Assembly (NCBI GenBank): GCA_051294905.1
Contig: CM119378.1
Location: forward strand, 4,218,001-4,282,000
Direction: 5' to 3'
Source of the DNA: Botryllus schlosseri
Lineage: Eukaryota
Length of the DNA stretch: 64,000 bases
Shown here piece after piece: positions 14,801 through 28,023 of this stretch. Position 1 is the first letter of the stretch. Each line of letters starts with the position of its first letter. Under the pieces are notes generated by a model, which saw only the letters and a program-made list of their open reading frames with translations, did not search any database and was not told where the DNA came from. The position numbers and the translations under genes were made by a program.

Positions 14801-17800
14801 ATCATATAGTGTAAAATAAAGAGAAAAGCGCTTGATAAAGTATCCTGGCCGGCGCCGAAGACATCGTTCACGATGGCCGACAGGACCCTGTAATCAATTC
14901 GGTCCGTGACCGGGACATGTTCCATGTCTTCGATATTTGGGATGTCGTCGATTTGCTCCTTGCCTTTGTTTTTCTGGTATTCAAGAATCTCGCCTTCCGT
15001 AAGCGCGTCGATCAGATTTCGGAGTTTGCCCGGCGTGTATGTCTTTGTGTTCTCCGTTACCCTGCGAGCACAGTTGTACAATTACAAAAGTTTCTTCTTT
15101 TCAAAATTGGATTGAAATTAGAATTGTTGAATTCACCAAAAACTTAGAAATTGAATTAAATTCCTAATTAAAAAGAAATACGAGAAAATGAGGTTCAGTT
15201 CATATTAAATCTGAGATCATTCTCATAACCGCGGGAATGGCAAATTTTTGTACACCAAACTTGACTCGTTTCGCACTATACAGTTCTTTTGTTGCATTTT
15301 AATGATAACCAGAAATTAGATTAGGGCGTAGCAACATTTCACAAATTCGATTATAATTGGATTACTGGCAATTCCCTCTAATTATTCTAATTAGACAACT
15401 AGAATTATCTAGTTATCCAAGTTTACGGATTGCGTCTATTAGGTTTTCATGAATGAACTGGTCACATCCGCTAGCCAAAGAACCCCACTTTGCCAATCTC
15501 AGCTATTTTTACGACAAAACACGTCTTTCAGTTTCTTCCGTTACACCCAATGTTTCTGGCGATGTTGGTAGGACCAAGACGAGGTGATATATCACTCGAA
15601 TCTATTTTTAAAGCAGTCCCATTCGAGTAGGTCTATTTTTCACACAGCTCATGTTCCGTCCTACGCGAAACAGTTTGGGCCCTCGCTCGTAAATCACATT
15701 TTTGCCTCGTCGCAATGAGGATTTCTCCTATAGGCTACTTCGATTGACCAACTATAACCTTAACCGGTGCGGTGTCAGTGTAATAGATCACATGCAGTCA
15801 TTAGTCAACTCTCCTTCGGTCTTCACACCGGAAGAAGTTATCCAATGGCTTATTTGGCTTCAATCCGATTAAACTAGACCTCATCCTATTCGACATGCCA
15901 ACAGCGGTTTATATACGAGATAATTTGCTGTGCAGACCATCGCAATTAAGTCACAAATGAACTGGTGTGTGCGGCGTATTTTCGGTTTCTGGTGTCATTT
16001 CTCGGAACTAAATGCAAGTTACGTATGCGACGAAACTTATGGCAACAGCGACTTGATTCGCCGATAGCGATTAAGTGAAGCCACGTGATCCGAGGTGTTT
16101 ATGACATTGATGAATGGGATCATTGAACTTTTAAGTCTTTTAGGCACGTGGCACGCATATGTGGTATGGTATAATACAATGCAATCTAATCATATCCAAC
16201 CATGCATGGATTATTGCATATAAAATAACGGATTGCGAACTGCGCTTCTTATACAGAATCAGTGATAAATGCAATGTAGATTTTGTTCAGAAACATGGAA
16301 ATAGTCCTATGCCATCTGTACCATTTCTAAAATCAACCATGGGCCAAAACGGTTAGAATATATTTACGCATTGATTTAACCGGCGACGAATCGCACTACC
16401 AGAACAAAATATCATTAACTATCAATTTATCCAGGCACTTTGCCAATAGAGGCCATTTTGGTTGGCGTTTCAAAGTGTTCCTTTATCGCAAACTGTACTA
16501 ATTGCGATTATTACAGAAATATGGAAGTTCTGGCTGTGTTTCGAGTCGTAAAAGCTGATGCAAAATTAGCACTCACTTGTCTAAAACCCACGTTTCCATT
16601 CGCGAACAAAGACCTTCGAAATCTCGGGCGGCTTTTTTGTAGGCCGGGAAGATCTGTCGATAAAAGTTTGATCAGTGAGGAACTGCAAATACTCCGGTGG
16701 CATTGCTAATTTACTTTGATCCACGGCATGACGTCGATTCGACTTCCGGCACTAAGCACCAATCCGAATTCGCGATTCATGCTCAGCAATTGAACGAATT
16801 GCTGAAAAGCAAGTGGAATTCGTTATGGGTCTTTGTAGTGCAGTAGTTATCCTTATCTGTATAGAGGTTCCTTATGACTAAAAACCCGAATTATGAGTCC
16901 ATCGTAAAACACACAAGGTTACCATAACTCACTCGCTATACATTTTTATTGTACATGTAATATTTCCATGTAGGAATAGGATGTTCTTCCTTGATTTTTT
17001 TGTGGCATATATACCGAGTCGTGATATGCATATTGCATACACACGATCAGGCCATGATGTTCATATGCCGCTAAAGAAGGAAGTTGCAGATATAGCCTTG
17101 TGAGGCTTTCTAAGTCTTGCACTGTGTCTTTAGCAGTATATTATCTCCATACACGTCACATCGATCCATGGATATAAGCATGTGACATTTGAGAATCTGG
17201 GTTAAAGTTATGGTTAGAGATCTTGGGTTAGTTTTGGGGGTTATAAAGTCACATCGGCATTTCATATTTTGAAACGGCTAGAAAACTATAGTGAAAATTA
17301 CCGAAAGTATTCTAATTTATTATTTGTATTTGCAAAGTCGTTATCGGTCTAAATATATGTCCTATATTTGTCACCGAATGACGCGCTGATTCGTGCGTGC
17401 GTTTGCGACCCTAAATATGCCTCTAAATATAACATAAATTAAATATTGATTTAGTGTCGAACAAGCGACACGAGGTTCAAGAAAACCTTATCCCCATGGC
17501 GATCGATAAGAAAATATTCAAATCAGCGAATATTTATTAACACTGGCAGAAAATTTTGGAATACGAACATACGAGTTCTTTCCTCTGAATTGTGACTGAG
17601 TGTAGAATGTATAGATTTTGGTCTTTCACAACGATTTTAACTTCCCGAATATTGTCCCAAAGCTTCCTGCGCGTCCTGCGGATATTTTTTGGAATGTAAA
17701 AGAGCCGATATATCTGTTACTTTATCCGCAGATGAAGAATTCCGATAAGTGAACTACGTAAAGGTATCGATCTTATCAAATGTTTTAGAGAAACTGCCAT

Positions 17801-20800
17801 TTCCCCAATAAATCTAGCTCCCACATTTCCCATATCATTGCGGAATTTGCAATATCCATGGGATTACAGATAAATGCTACATCCCGATGTACGACGTCCC
17901 AGTTGCCTGCATTCCGTCGGGATCATTTGTGGTAGTTGACAAATAACTTGCCAAACTTGTCTGTGTGATATAATCATGCAACAGCGTTTTGTTTGCTTTT
18001 CAGTGTGATTTCGCGCCAGACCAAATTATTATTCGCACAATTGCTAATGTTTCTACTTCCATAACCCAGGCCTTATTGTGATACCGAAGCGAGCAGACAG
18101 CATTCCAAAAACCAGTCCGAAAGCAATTTGAAATTTGAATAAATCCATTATTTTCAGCTGGTATAAATGTGAATTGATGAAAGTCACAATGCTGTTTCGG
18201 ATATATGCCATATTCTGGTCTCGAACCTTAAGACGCTGATAAAGAGCTATATTGCCGAGAATCATGATTTCTTTTACGCATTTGAATAGGATGAAAATAA
18301 CTCCGTTACATTTGGATTGTGACATCACCTTTCATTCCACGCATTCTGGTAGCACCGTTACGCATTATTGGCGGTATCGAATGGCGTTATTTTATGGGCT
18401 TCGCGAAATAGTGCTTCGGAAATGAGGGGTAAAGTATCCCTTTATCAGCACGGGCATTGCGCCCGTGCCTTTATTATAGGTATTGACGTATTCTGCGATA
18501 TCGGTGTACCGTGAAGTTGACATTCTTCGAACTAGACAGCCCTTGAGACGCACTTGCATCTGAGCTGTGTCGTTGTCCGGAAATAGACGGGATAATTCCG
18601 AGAACGCGAGACCATCTTGATAAGTGCCATTCAACGCGATATCGATGAAAAACATGAAAAATGTCATTATTCTAAACCCTGCGCTGCCATATCGCTTTTT
18701 ATCGCGTAAATGAGCAGCTTTCTGGGCGGTAGCATAGGTCCCGCCGTTGCCAGAAATTTCCAGACGATTTATATATAGCATCATATATTTAGGCCTGCTG
18801 GCTGCTGTTCCATATAGTTGACCGTATCGTGTTTCAAGGTGAATATCACGTGTCCACGTTACCCACGTATCCATATAGGACAATGTGTTCATGTCGCATT
18901 CACACGACCTCAGAGGTTTTAATTTCAGCACAATGGCGCTTCGGCATGTGTAGAGAGAGATTCGAACAAAAAGCCCGTCCGAATCTCACGAGGAATAAGG
19001 AATATCCCTGACTTAACTGCGAGTACTTACGCAGCATCTTGTATAGCGCAACATTTTGCTTTCGAGACGGACAACTTGATGAACAGGATCACTGATTATT
19101 TCTTGCAAGAAATTTTGAAACATTACTTAAATAGTTACGGCCCACATGGCAATTCACCGAGTTTTATGAAAATTTATTCATGAAATTCTGCTACGAATTT
19201 AGAAATAGATAACGTGCTGTAATACTCAATCATTTATTTGCATGTTGATGCGTAAGACAAATAGGCCTAGATTATTTTCATTCGTGAAATGCAGACTTAT
19301 GATAAATTCGCTGTGAATGCGGTATGCGAATGGCAACCTTCCTATGCTGGACTACGCGCTGTTTCTATATTAAGATTTGCGCGATTCACATGCAGCACAG
19401 ACACGTGCGGTATGCGGAAGGAGTATGATATTTGCAGGCTTTTTTGCAGCTGTGCATCGCGAGGTCATCGAAACCACCCACCCCCTTCCATATGTATGTA
19501 GTTCGAACGCGTCGGTCCATGCAAAACCCCATGCGTTGGGAGTTTGGTGCGATATATGTGGCGAAAAATCAGGGTCGCTTGCAGACGCATGTAATCAACA
19601 GGATTGCACCGAAATTTTGGAAACAGCCTTCAATGATGTATTCAGTGAAAAATTAATGATAGGAAATTTTCTATGATAGAACAATGAAGATTAGGGTTGT
19701 TCAAAAATAACTTTTTTGTTCAAATTTTACTGGCTATTCAATAAAATTGTTAGGGTGGCTAAAAAGCGTGTAGCAGCGATGCTATAGGAATTAGAGAATA
19801 TTATATTCAATATAAAAAACACCGTAAATACTATTATTTAAAATCCAAAATTTTGAACATCAATAACTGCTCTTGTACAGAGTGCAATCGAGTCAAAATA
19901 GTTATGCATACAACCTATCAATTCCATGTGGTTGCCCATAAAATCTGAATATTTATTTTATTTTTTATATTGAATTAAAAATAATCTAACTCCAGTAGCT
20001 TTGCCGCTACAGGTTGAAATTGAGCAAAATGTGGTGTGCATTTTATTTTAGCCAATCTAAAAATTTTATCGAATAGCCAGTAAAATTTTATGAGAAGAGT
20101 TATTTTTGAACAACTCTAACGAACACACTTCATTCTGGAATCAGTGTTGTATATGCAGATATGTTGTATACGTTATATATGCACCTTTCTGAAATATTCG
20201 CCACTCGACTTATGAGGCGAAAGTACTAACACCTATAACAGAGGCCGTGTTGTTTTCACAATAGATGTGAATCGCTATTGACACAGGATTACCACAATAA
20301 AGATAGTTGTGTATAGTCACAAAGGCCCGGGTATACAGAAAATCCTACTTACGTAACGGTTTACCGTGCGGCATAAATTTCACCTCGGCCAAAGATTTTC
20401 TGCGACCGCTAAGGAGATTAACTGTAACGTCGAGATTTTTGAAGGGCTTGTGTTCTTAAATCTATGTTGGCGTACAAGCCTAAACACAAAAGACAGCAAC
20501 TTGGTACTGCAATATAAATTCCTCGAATCTATTCTAACGTTATTTGCCTCTGGAATATAACGCCTATTTCTGTCGATTTTCCAGAACAATGCTCTCGCGC
20601 AGTGCTTTTCAACCTGTGTGACGGTTCGCACTAGTGCGAATGAAAAAAATTGCAGTGCGAATGACGAAGGTGGTGCGAACAGTGCGAATGAAAATCCGGA
20701 TCAAGTGCGAATGAAAAACGTGAATAATTGGTTATTTTTGTAACGTGGAATGATTCAAATAAACCTAATAGGAAATTCAAGGGCAGTGTAAACTTTGTAG

Positions 20801-23201
20801 GGGCGACGCAATTGTAAACTTGTTTCACTTGCGACGCACCATAATCGTAGCTCTCACAAGCCGTGGTGAATTAATATTTTCGCACTATAATTATTACGTA
20901 ACCAAAAGCCTGGTTTGGAAGCTGGTGTAGTGGGAGACATACAGTATATCAGCACGTCTGAGCTTGCGACAGGCTGAAAAAATGACCATCATTACAGACT
21001 CACATTTGAAAGTTACCGTAACGTAAAATATTACCCTTTCAAGGGTTAAGTATAGACGGCAAAGGGTGTAATTTTGGGTCGACACGATGTCTGCTATCTG
21101 CTAAAAATCCTGCTATAGTTTTTACATATCCAAGGATCACTGTTGGGTACTGTATAGCCAACAAGCGAGACACGCAGAAAATATGACTTTATCATGATAA
21201 TTCATGATAAGATATGTTTGGAAAACATGGCTGGTATGTTACACTTGTTACTAGTGTACGGGTATGTAACGAGCGAGTTCAGGTATATGAGACTCATTCA
21301 TTTCGAGGCCAACCCTTTTTGCGTCGGGGCACATGAAGACGTAAAGTTTTGGCCAACAAACCGCTGATAAGATGCGAGGCCAGAAACATAAGCGGCGACA
21401 GAACCTTGGTCTAAAAACTAATGATGTTGGATGGCCAAACCTTTCGATATGGGTATGATCCGTAGACAGTAGTACAACTGCGACATGCAGATGAATATAA
21501 TTCGCCCTATAATTTAAAATCGCGTGCGTCAGACATGTTTTGTAGAGCTGTGTTGGGTAGAATTGTGGTGTGCGCGTTCTGTATGTCATGCATCTCTGTA
21601 AAATCGTAGCATACAACTGTAACGTTAAAAATGAATTCCTTTTCATGGGTGAGGCTCGGGTCGCGAGATGCCACAAAAATTGAGATTTTGGTGGTAGTGT
21701 AAAAGATGCTTTACGGTTATTAAACTGTGATGAATTCTTAAGTTAGATTGAGCTAAAGAGCAGAACACACAGTATCGTGAGTTTATTTGCTCCTCCCGTA
21801 TACTCGCGAGACAGAAGTTGGAGCAACGTATCATAAGGTAGCGAGCTCTAATCAATGTGCCTACTCTCATGATCGTTTTGCACCTAATGTTCTAAGACAT
21901 AAGGCAAAAGCCTCAACACAAACATGTGGATTTTTCACCCTTCCGATAAACTGGAGCCTCCGGGGCCTTTGTGTCAGCTCTCAAAAACGATTACTGCCAG
22001 CAAGCATTTTTCACTCGCCAAAGATACGCTGTATTTTGGATAGGAGTGCAGAACAGATTTCAAGACCTGGCCATCCAAGTACTGGTAGACGTTCACAAAA
22101 CCCAACAATTTGTTTGGTCGATAAGGGTTTTAATGAAATAGTTGAAATCAAGACGAGCGAAAAAAGTTGCCTTTTTAATGAGACTCTTGATAGCTTAAGA
22201 TAAATAGTAGCCAATTTGTTGCACATCTCAACAAATGTTGTTAAGTATCTTCATCTTCTTATTCTATAACAATTTTGGAATAGGTTGTGCGAATGAAATT
22301 TATTTTACAAAAAAAGTGCGAATGGAGCTCAAAAAGGTTGAAAAGCACTGCTCTCGCGTATTCACAATAGATTATTGATCAGCGGCAATTCATGACCCCT
22401 TTACACCACTCCTTGTGACCCCTCACACACTGTTGAAATCGCTAAAAATATCATACAAATGTACGCTATGTCGGCTACGTCCCCTGGGGAAACGCCCCGC
22501 GATGTTGACTATGGCAATGTAAATTGGTGTCAAGATAAATCGATGCTTACCGCATTATCAACCCGATATCTCCTCCCGAAACACATAGCGCACACTGCGT
22601 TTCCGACTGACACCCGCACTACTTGTTCAGGGTCTACAAATCCGGTGTCGGATTCCTGACACTGTTTCTCCAGCGCCATCGTCATGTAGTCGATTTCCTC
22701 CCAGATATGCTTCGCAATCGAAAGCCTGCTGTCGACTGAGGCGGCGTAATTGTGGATGTGTCGGAGCATTTTGTTCTTTCGGTTTCGCCAGTCCGCACCG
22801 ATGGTGGTGATATCATTGAAAACTGCCCCAAGACCGAGAGAGACAAGTTTATACGACGAAAACTGTGGCCTCCCGGAAAATATATCCTTCTGTTTGCTCA
22901 AAGCGGCTTTGATCGTATCTATATCGTTGAGCACGATCACTGGCACAGTTCCGATCTTTATTTGAAAAATCGGACCATACTTCTTCGCCATCTTGTCAAA
23001 AGTCAAGTGCGGGGCCTCTCCTAAAAACGGGGCATTACCGACGATCGGGAGCGACCACGGACCCGGCGCGGTCCTACCAGCCTCGTATTCAGGATCAAGT
23101 ATTCTCGCTTTGCGGGTGTCACCGTTATTCCGATTTTTCATGATGTTAAGAATGATGCAGGCTATTGTGAACGTCACGAGGAAAACCCCGAGGTCAATCA
23201 T
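11869..23201 (-). CDS. CYP1: Cytochrome P450 family 1 (CYP1B/1C-like; tunicate CYP1E/1F-type), 5 coding exons, 544 aa
   Basis: Exons joined by hand with GT-AG sites and matching phases: 23201-22551, 16801-16715, 16653-16577, 15061-14798, 12424-11869 (1635 nt, open frame). Motifs: N-terminal TM anchor, PGPWSLPIVGN proline hinge, DVMPWIK/IFP, I-helix DVFGAGQDT, K-helix EVMRHSSFVAVTIPH, FDPERF, heme motif FSTGSRKCPG. The subfamily cannot be resolved without a phylogeny. Confidence 0.9.
14132..14564. mobile_element. hAT MITE (GGTTGCATTTAAAAC family) in last CYP1 intron
   Basis: TIRs CAGGATTGCAGTTAAAACAAA / TTTGTTTTAAATGCAACCCTA with perfect TSD GTTGTACT. Relatives lie at 26399-26921 (TSD CTTATAAC/CTTATACC) and 32944-33110. 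Confidence 0.85.
16983..17122 (-). mobile_element. SINE tail type A fragment in CYP1 intron
   Basis: GGCTTTCTAAGTCTTGCAC and GGCATATATACCGAGTC match 6170-6305. Confidence 0.65.
20600..22350. mobile_element. 1.75-kb non-autonomous hAT element in CYP1 intron
   Basis: TIRs CAGTGCTTTTCAACC / GGTTGAAAAGCACTG, subterminal GTGCGAATG repeats, perfect TSD CTCTCGCG. Confidence 0.9.
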
Positions 23202-23995
23202 TGCAGGACTTGGATTTTCTTTCGAAGCAGACAACGTGAGGGCTATGATACATTGCCTAAATATGCAGGCCTGTGCTAGCTATAGCCCCCGCGACGCGGC
23301 TACTTCTAGATCTAAAATATAAATCCAAAATGTAACAATAATATAGTTCAACTTTCCGTAAAATAACTAGCTACGTACTGCATATGACAACGCAACGCTT
23401 TCATACACCCGCGTATATCCAACTGAACCGACGTCGTGGTGAGCTATGAGAGAATGATATGCTTGGGTTGGTATACATCATCATATTCATAAATATTTCC
23501 GTTTCCGATACTGCTTTGAGACATTTATTGGTGTTTTGACAACTCAAAAAAAGTCGTGTCAAAAGAAATGATTGAAGAACGGGCGTCGCACGTGAAATGT
23601 TCGAATGTGCAGATTTTGCGGAGCTTGGTATCATGCATTCTGGAAGGTAACCTGTCAATGTATCATTATTAAATTACCGAACACGGTAGGTACACTGACA
23701 ACACTCATACGCAACATTCGCCGGCGGCGTCAATGAAATATAAGCTCACGAACGCCGTGGCAGAGACATCGCAACGCACATGTGCAAAATTGTTCCTATT
23801 GTCTCCGAATATTTTCTAGGCAGCCCAGCATTAGTGGATGCCAATGAGCGACGCGTATCGGCCAAAACCTAACCCCAGATCTAGTTAAACGTACCGGCAT
23901 GTCAGTATAAGATCATGACGGAACATTTCGCTCCGATCACATATTCGTTTTATGACATCTCTCAAACGATACCAATCGCAACTCTAAATAATGAC

Positions 23996-24872
23996 TAGGG
24001 CAAGTTTTTGTAACTTTTTTTACAGATTCCGACATTTTCGTAGATACTCAGAATCTATGGACTATGATGTTTTAAGCTGTTTGAAGGGATTTTATAGTGC
24101 AACTTTTTGCAACTTTTCCCAATTTTTCATACCCAATTTTTACTGCAACTTTTATCAAATATTGCGTAAAAACGTAAAGGAATGATTTAAAAACATGCTA
24201 TAAAGATAAACTATTTATAGTATGGTTCTATTCTCTTTGATTTGCATAACAAAGAGCTATATGATGGGTTAGCTGTTTCTCACTATTTATGACACAATGG
24301 TTTGCAAGCAAGAAGTTCAACTACCCCTGCCAAGCACGACCGTGGCCGAACAATATGTAAATAGATCGCGTTATTAATTCTGTCGATTAAATTTGAGATA
24401 GTTTCCCATTCCACGAACGCCCAGGCGAGACCACCGAAAATAAAATTTTCACTGAGTCACCTTTCTAAGACTATTGAATATTGTTAAAGTCGCCAAGTGT
24501 GAGTTTTTCTGGAACGCCTTGGGTCAAGTTTGCAGACCTAGGGGGTTTGGGGTGCGTTACTTGACTTGTTTTAATAGGAGAAAGTTATCGCTATGCTGTT
24601 TGGCTTTTATGGGGAAAATTCCCGCATTGTGTAATTGTCTTGCTGTGTACTGGGAAAAGATGTAATTTTTAGGCGGTCCCGCCAGAATGTTCGTGAAATG
24701 GCAAAGTGACAAATTTGACAGCTCTGCAGGAACTAGATTAAACAACGGAACCTTTCGGGTATCCCATACCCTACTAATTGAACAAAAATTATGAATGCAA
24801 CTTTCTACTGCAACTTTTTTCAAAATTAAATACAACTTTCTCAAATTTTTAGTGCAACAAAAACTTGCCCTA
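23996..24872. mobile_element. hAT MITE upstream of CYP1 ATG
   Basis: TIRs TAGGGCAAGTTTTTG / CAAAAACTTGCCCTA, TSD ATAATGAC/ATCATGAC, internal TGCAACTTT repeats. Confidence 0.85.
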
Positions 24873-25006
24873 ATCATGACTTAATGACTATTGCTATACT
24901 CCGTTACTATTACTTACTTACACAGACAAATCAGACAGCATTGTGAAATCACGTGCTGTAATACGTATGAGTACAAGTGCAAGTTCGCGTTCGTTTTACA
25001 GCGAAC

Positions 25007-25014
25007 CTTTTATA
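25007..25014 (-). promoter_or_regulatory. Candidate TATA box of the CYP1 gene
   Basis: TATAAAAG on the minus strand is followed about 90 nt later by GTAAGT donors (24921/24917). An acceptor TTTTAG at 23313-23312 lies upstream of the ATG, giving a non-coding first exon as in vertebrate CYP1 genes. Confidence 0.5.
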
Positions 25015-25088
25015 ACACTTGGTGTTCATCGCTTCACACTAACCATAGACATTCTCATCACGTTGCCGAGACAGTGGGGTGAAAAGGT

Positions 25089-25683
25089 CACGCGATACTC
25101 GAAATGAGGCAGTGGTTCTTACATCTTAACTTTCAATAGCCTGACGAACTCTTACGCTAATCTGCAATCATTCAGCCAACTTCGATATAATTTGTGCTTT
25201 CAGAATGCCGTTTTCTATCCTTACGGCGAATTTTTTTATTCGAAGAATGCTGATATAGATACATAAGGCTAGGGGACTAAGAGTTCATATATATATAATA
25301 TATATATATGTTCCCTATCCATGAGTCAATATCTTTCAGACGATGCCGAATAGGCAAATATTTATTTTTACATTACGACATTCCGTTTGCACGCAATTAA
25401 GAGGTCGTGGCGAGGTCATCCTAAAATGCAGATTTAAGGTCAAGGCGTTTCACGCAACGAAAATTTCGAAGGGATGTAACTTGCTAACGAAATAGTCCAA
25501 CTGACGATCTCGTTTGAATCCGATTCATACACCAGTATAGCAGTCGATATATGCTGTTCAATGAGAACTCCGATTTGACGCGATATTATATCATAAATAC
25601 CGGTATGACGGATCCCTCAATTAACGCACATATAGTTAGTAATAAATTTGCACCAACTTCAATTCTCGCATGATATTCGCGTG
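25089..25683. promoter_or_regulatory. Proximal XRE (AhR/ARNT, TNGCGTG) cluster with DR5 element
   Basis: XREs at 25089-95, 25390-96, 25451-57 and 25677-83. AGGTCG-n5-AGGTCA at 25402-25418, with extra AGGTCA half-sites at 25085 and 25437. Confidence 0.55.
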
Positions 25684-28023
25684 ACTTGTGCAACCCCTAA
25701 AATGGTGAAATCCACAATATCGTTAATAATTTACTGCGATAGACAGGTGACGCGATATATCTTTGCCGACCTGAACTTATGAACTTCGCTATATTAGTTA
25801 ACACATTGTTAGTCGTCGGCAAACACGACACGGCACCTTAGGAGAAACAGTGGCTCAGGATATCCTGCACATGGCAAGATACAGGACATTATAGGTAACT
25901 GCACAGTGCAACCAACATCGCGACCCAATATTTCCTTAACAAGATAGAGTAAGTGATTAAGCCAGATACAAGACTCGAGTTACAAAAAATCTTATGAGAA
26001 ATTAAAATGACCTTCACTGGATACGGCACGGGAGTTGTCAGAGCAGAAATTCCTGCGGGAAAATAAATTTCATCAAGGAGATCATGTGGTTGAATTCATT
26101 CATTATATGACAACAAGAATTCACGATTTCTAACATGAACGACCGACATAGTGTCGTTGCACATGTCAACGGACGTTGCGGTAAACTGGCAAGACAAAAC
26201 TGCCGTGTGTTTTGAGCAAACATGACGTCAATGGCTCATTTCACCTGAAGAATGTTACTATAAACGTTTGCTGACTCATACCAAGTTTGATTATTATAAC
26301 ATATGGCGATCCAACCCTGCCTTTATAGTCAACTATCGTAGAGATTCGATTCTACTAACTATCTCGGAACAAGTTTATCAAAATCTTTCTCTTATAACTA
26401 GTGCTGCATGTAAAACAACGGTGTTTTAAACAAATGCCTTTTTGAAAAACACAGAATTTTTTTTCAAACGTTGTCTAATTATGCCATAATTGTGCAAATA
26501 CGTCCAAAAACCATGTAGTATGAGCCTACGGACGATTTGCACCAAAAATATTCGACATATACGATGTGGGGTGGCTGGAACCCATGAAATCGTCGTTGGT
26601 TCAACAGTTTTTGCGCGTAGATATAGATCATTGGTCGTTGATCGTTGGCGTTCTGATGATGATGACCGCCGACCGTAAAAATGCTGCATAACGATGTAGT
26701 CCGTGTTAAAGATATTTTCGGTCTGTTTATGACAGTGATCGGAAGCCCTTTTCGTCGAAGGAGCCAAATTCACCCAATATTTTCAATTGTCAAAGCCAAT
26801 CCACTGTGACGTCACAATCAAATATTCGTGACGTCTTGGCTAAAAGCAACAACAACAAAATAAAAAACATGTTTTAAACAAGGGCCTTGTTTTAAATACG
26901 TTTGTTTTAAATGCAACCCTACTTATACCTAATACAGCAACATTTTCCGTATGTTATGTTTTTTGCATTCGATTGACCGATACACCACAAGAAGAGAAAA
27001 GATTCCATTTTCGACTTGAGCAATTGAAATTGCGACGGATTGTCCTTTACAATAATTTATTATTGAAGGCAATAACATGCCAACGAACTGTCAATCCCAC
27101 GGCTTCGTATTTCATTGCCCTCGTTCTATTAGAATCGAAGTCTTGAAGTGCGAATACATCGATAACAATCAGCGATTTTACCGTGCAAGAAATCCCTTTG
27201 TGAGCACCTTTTTCTGCTCTTACATTCCTCAAAAATGTTTGAAGCAGGTAAATACGATTCTGCCGTATCGCTGTTTTTCTGCGGTTTGCAATCTCATGGT
27301 TTTATCGCAGAGATGAGAAAACCATGTGCTATTTCAGCGAAACGGGTTCACGGTGTTTTGAATCTCATTCTACGCCAACGATCATCTAGAATTTTGTTCT
27401 AATCAATCTAATGCCTAAATATTCCAGTACAACAAGTAAATCTTATCCAGATCAGACTTTCGAATGTCATTGTTCCGCGTAAGCTTGAGCTGCCCGACTT
27501 ATGCAATCGATAGACTGGTTTTACAAAGTAACAAATCGCATGAAACATCTCATAACACTCGCTTGCAAGCCACTATACTCAAATGTCTAATGCTGCGAAT
27601 GCGCACATTCTATTCAAACTTAGGCGTAGAAAATAATAACAAGTAGGCGTTGTCACCAGACCGGCAATTACAATATATACCAACACAAAATACGTACACT
27701 CCTACACCTGCCGAGTCAGCGCCCAAATACTTCGTATATATATACACAGCATGATCCTTCAAAGTTATCGTCACCGTTGATGCGCGATTTACACACCGAC
27801 AATTTGATACGTAAATACAATATTATTTCGACCGTCTATTTCACTTAAGTCACACCATAGGGTTACTGCGGTCGTATGTCGTGTGTCTCGCCACTTCATA
27901 TACTTGATGACATAACTAATAAAGCTTACACGCCGCTGTTATGTGATCAAGCGATAAACGTTCACCTACACTATTCCTGTCGCGTATACGGTGATGGGCA
28001 AATACAGTCGCCGATTTGAATGG

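Noticed and set aside
23202..23234. TTG/GTG starts in the ORF track (CYP1 23234, MFSD1 39255, TDRD3 56086)
   Set aside because: In a eukaryotic context the in-frame ATGs at 23201, 39264 and 56080 are preferred.
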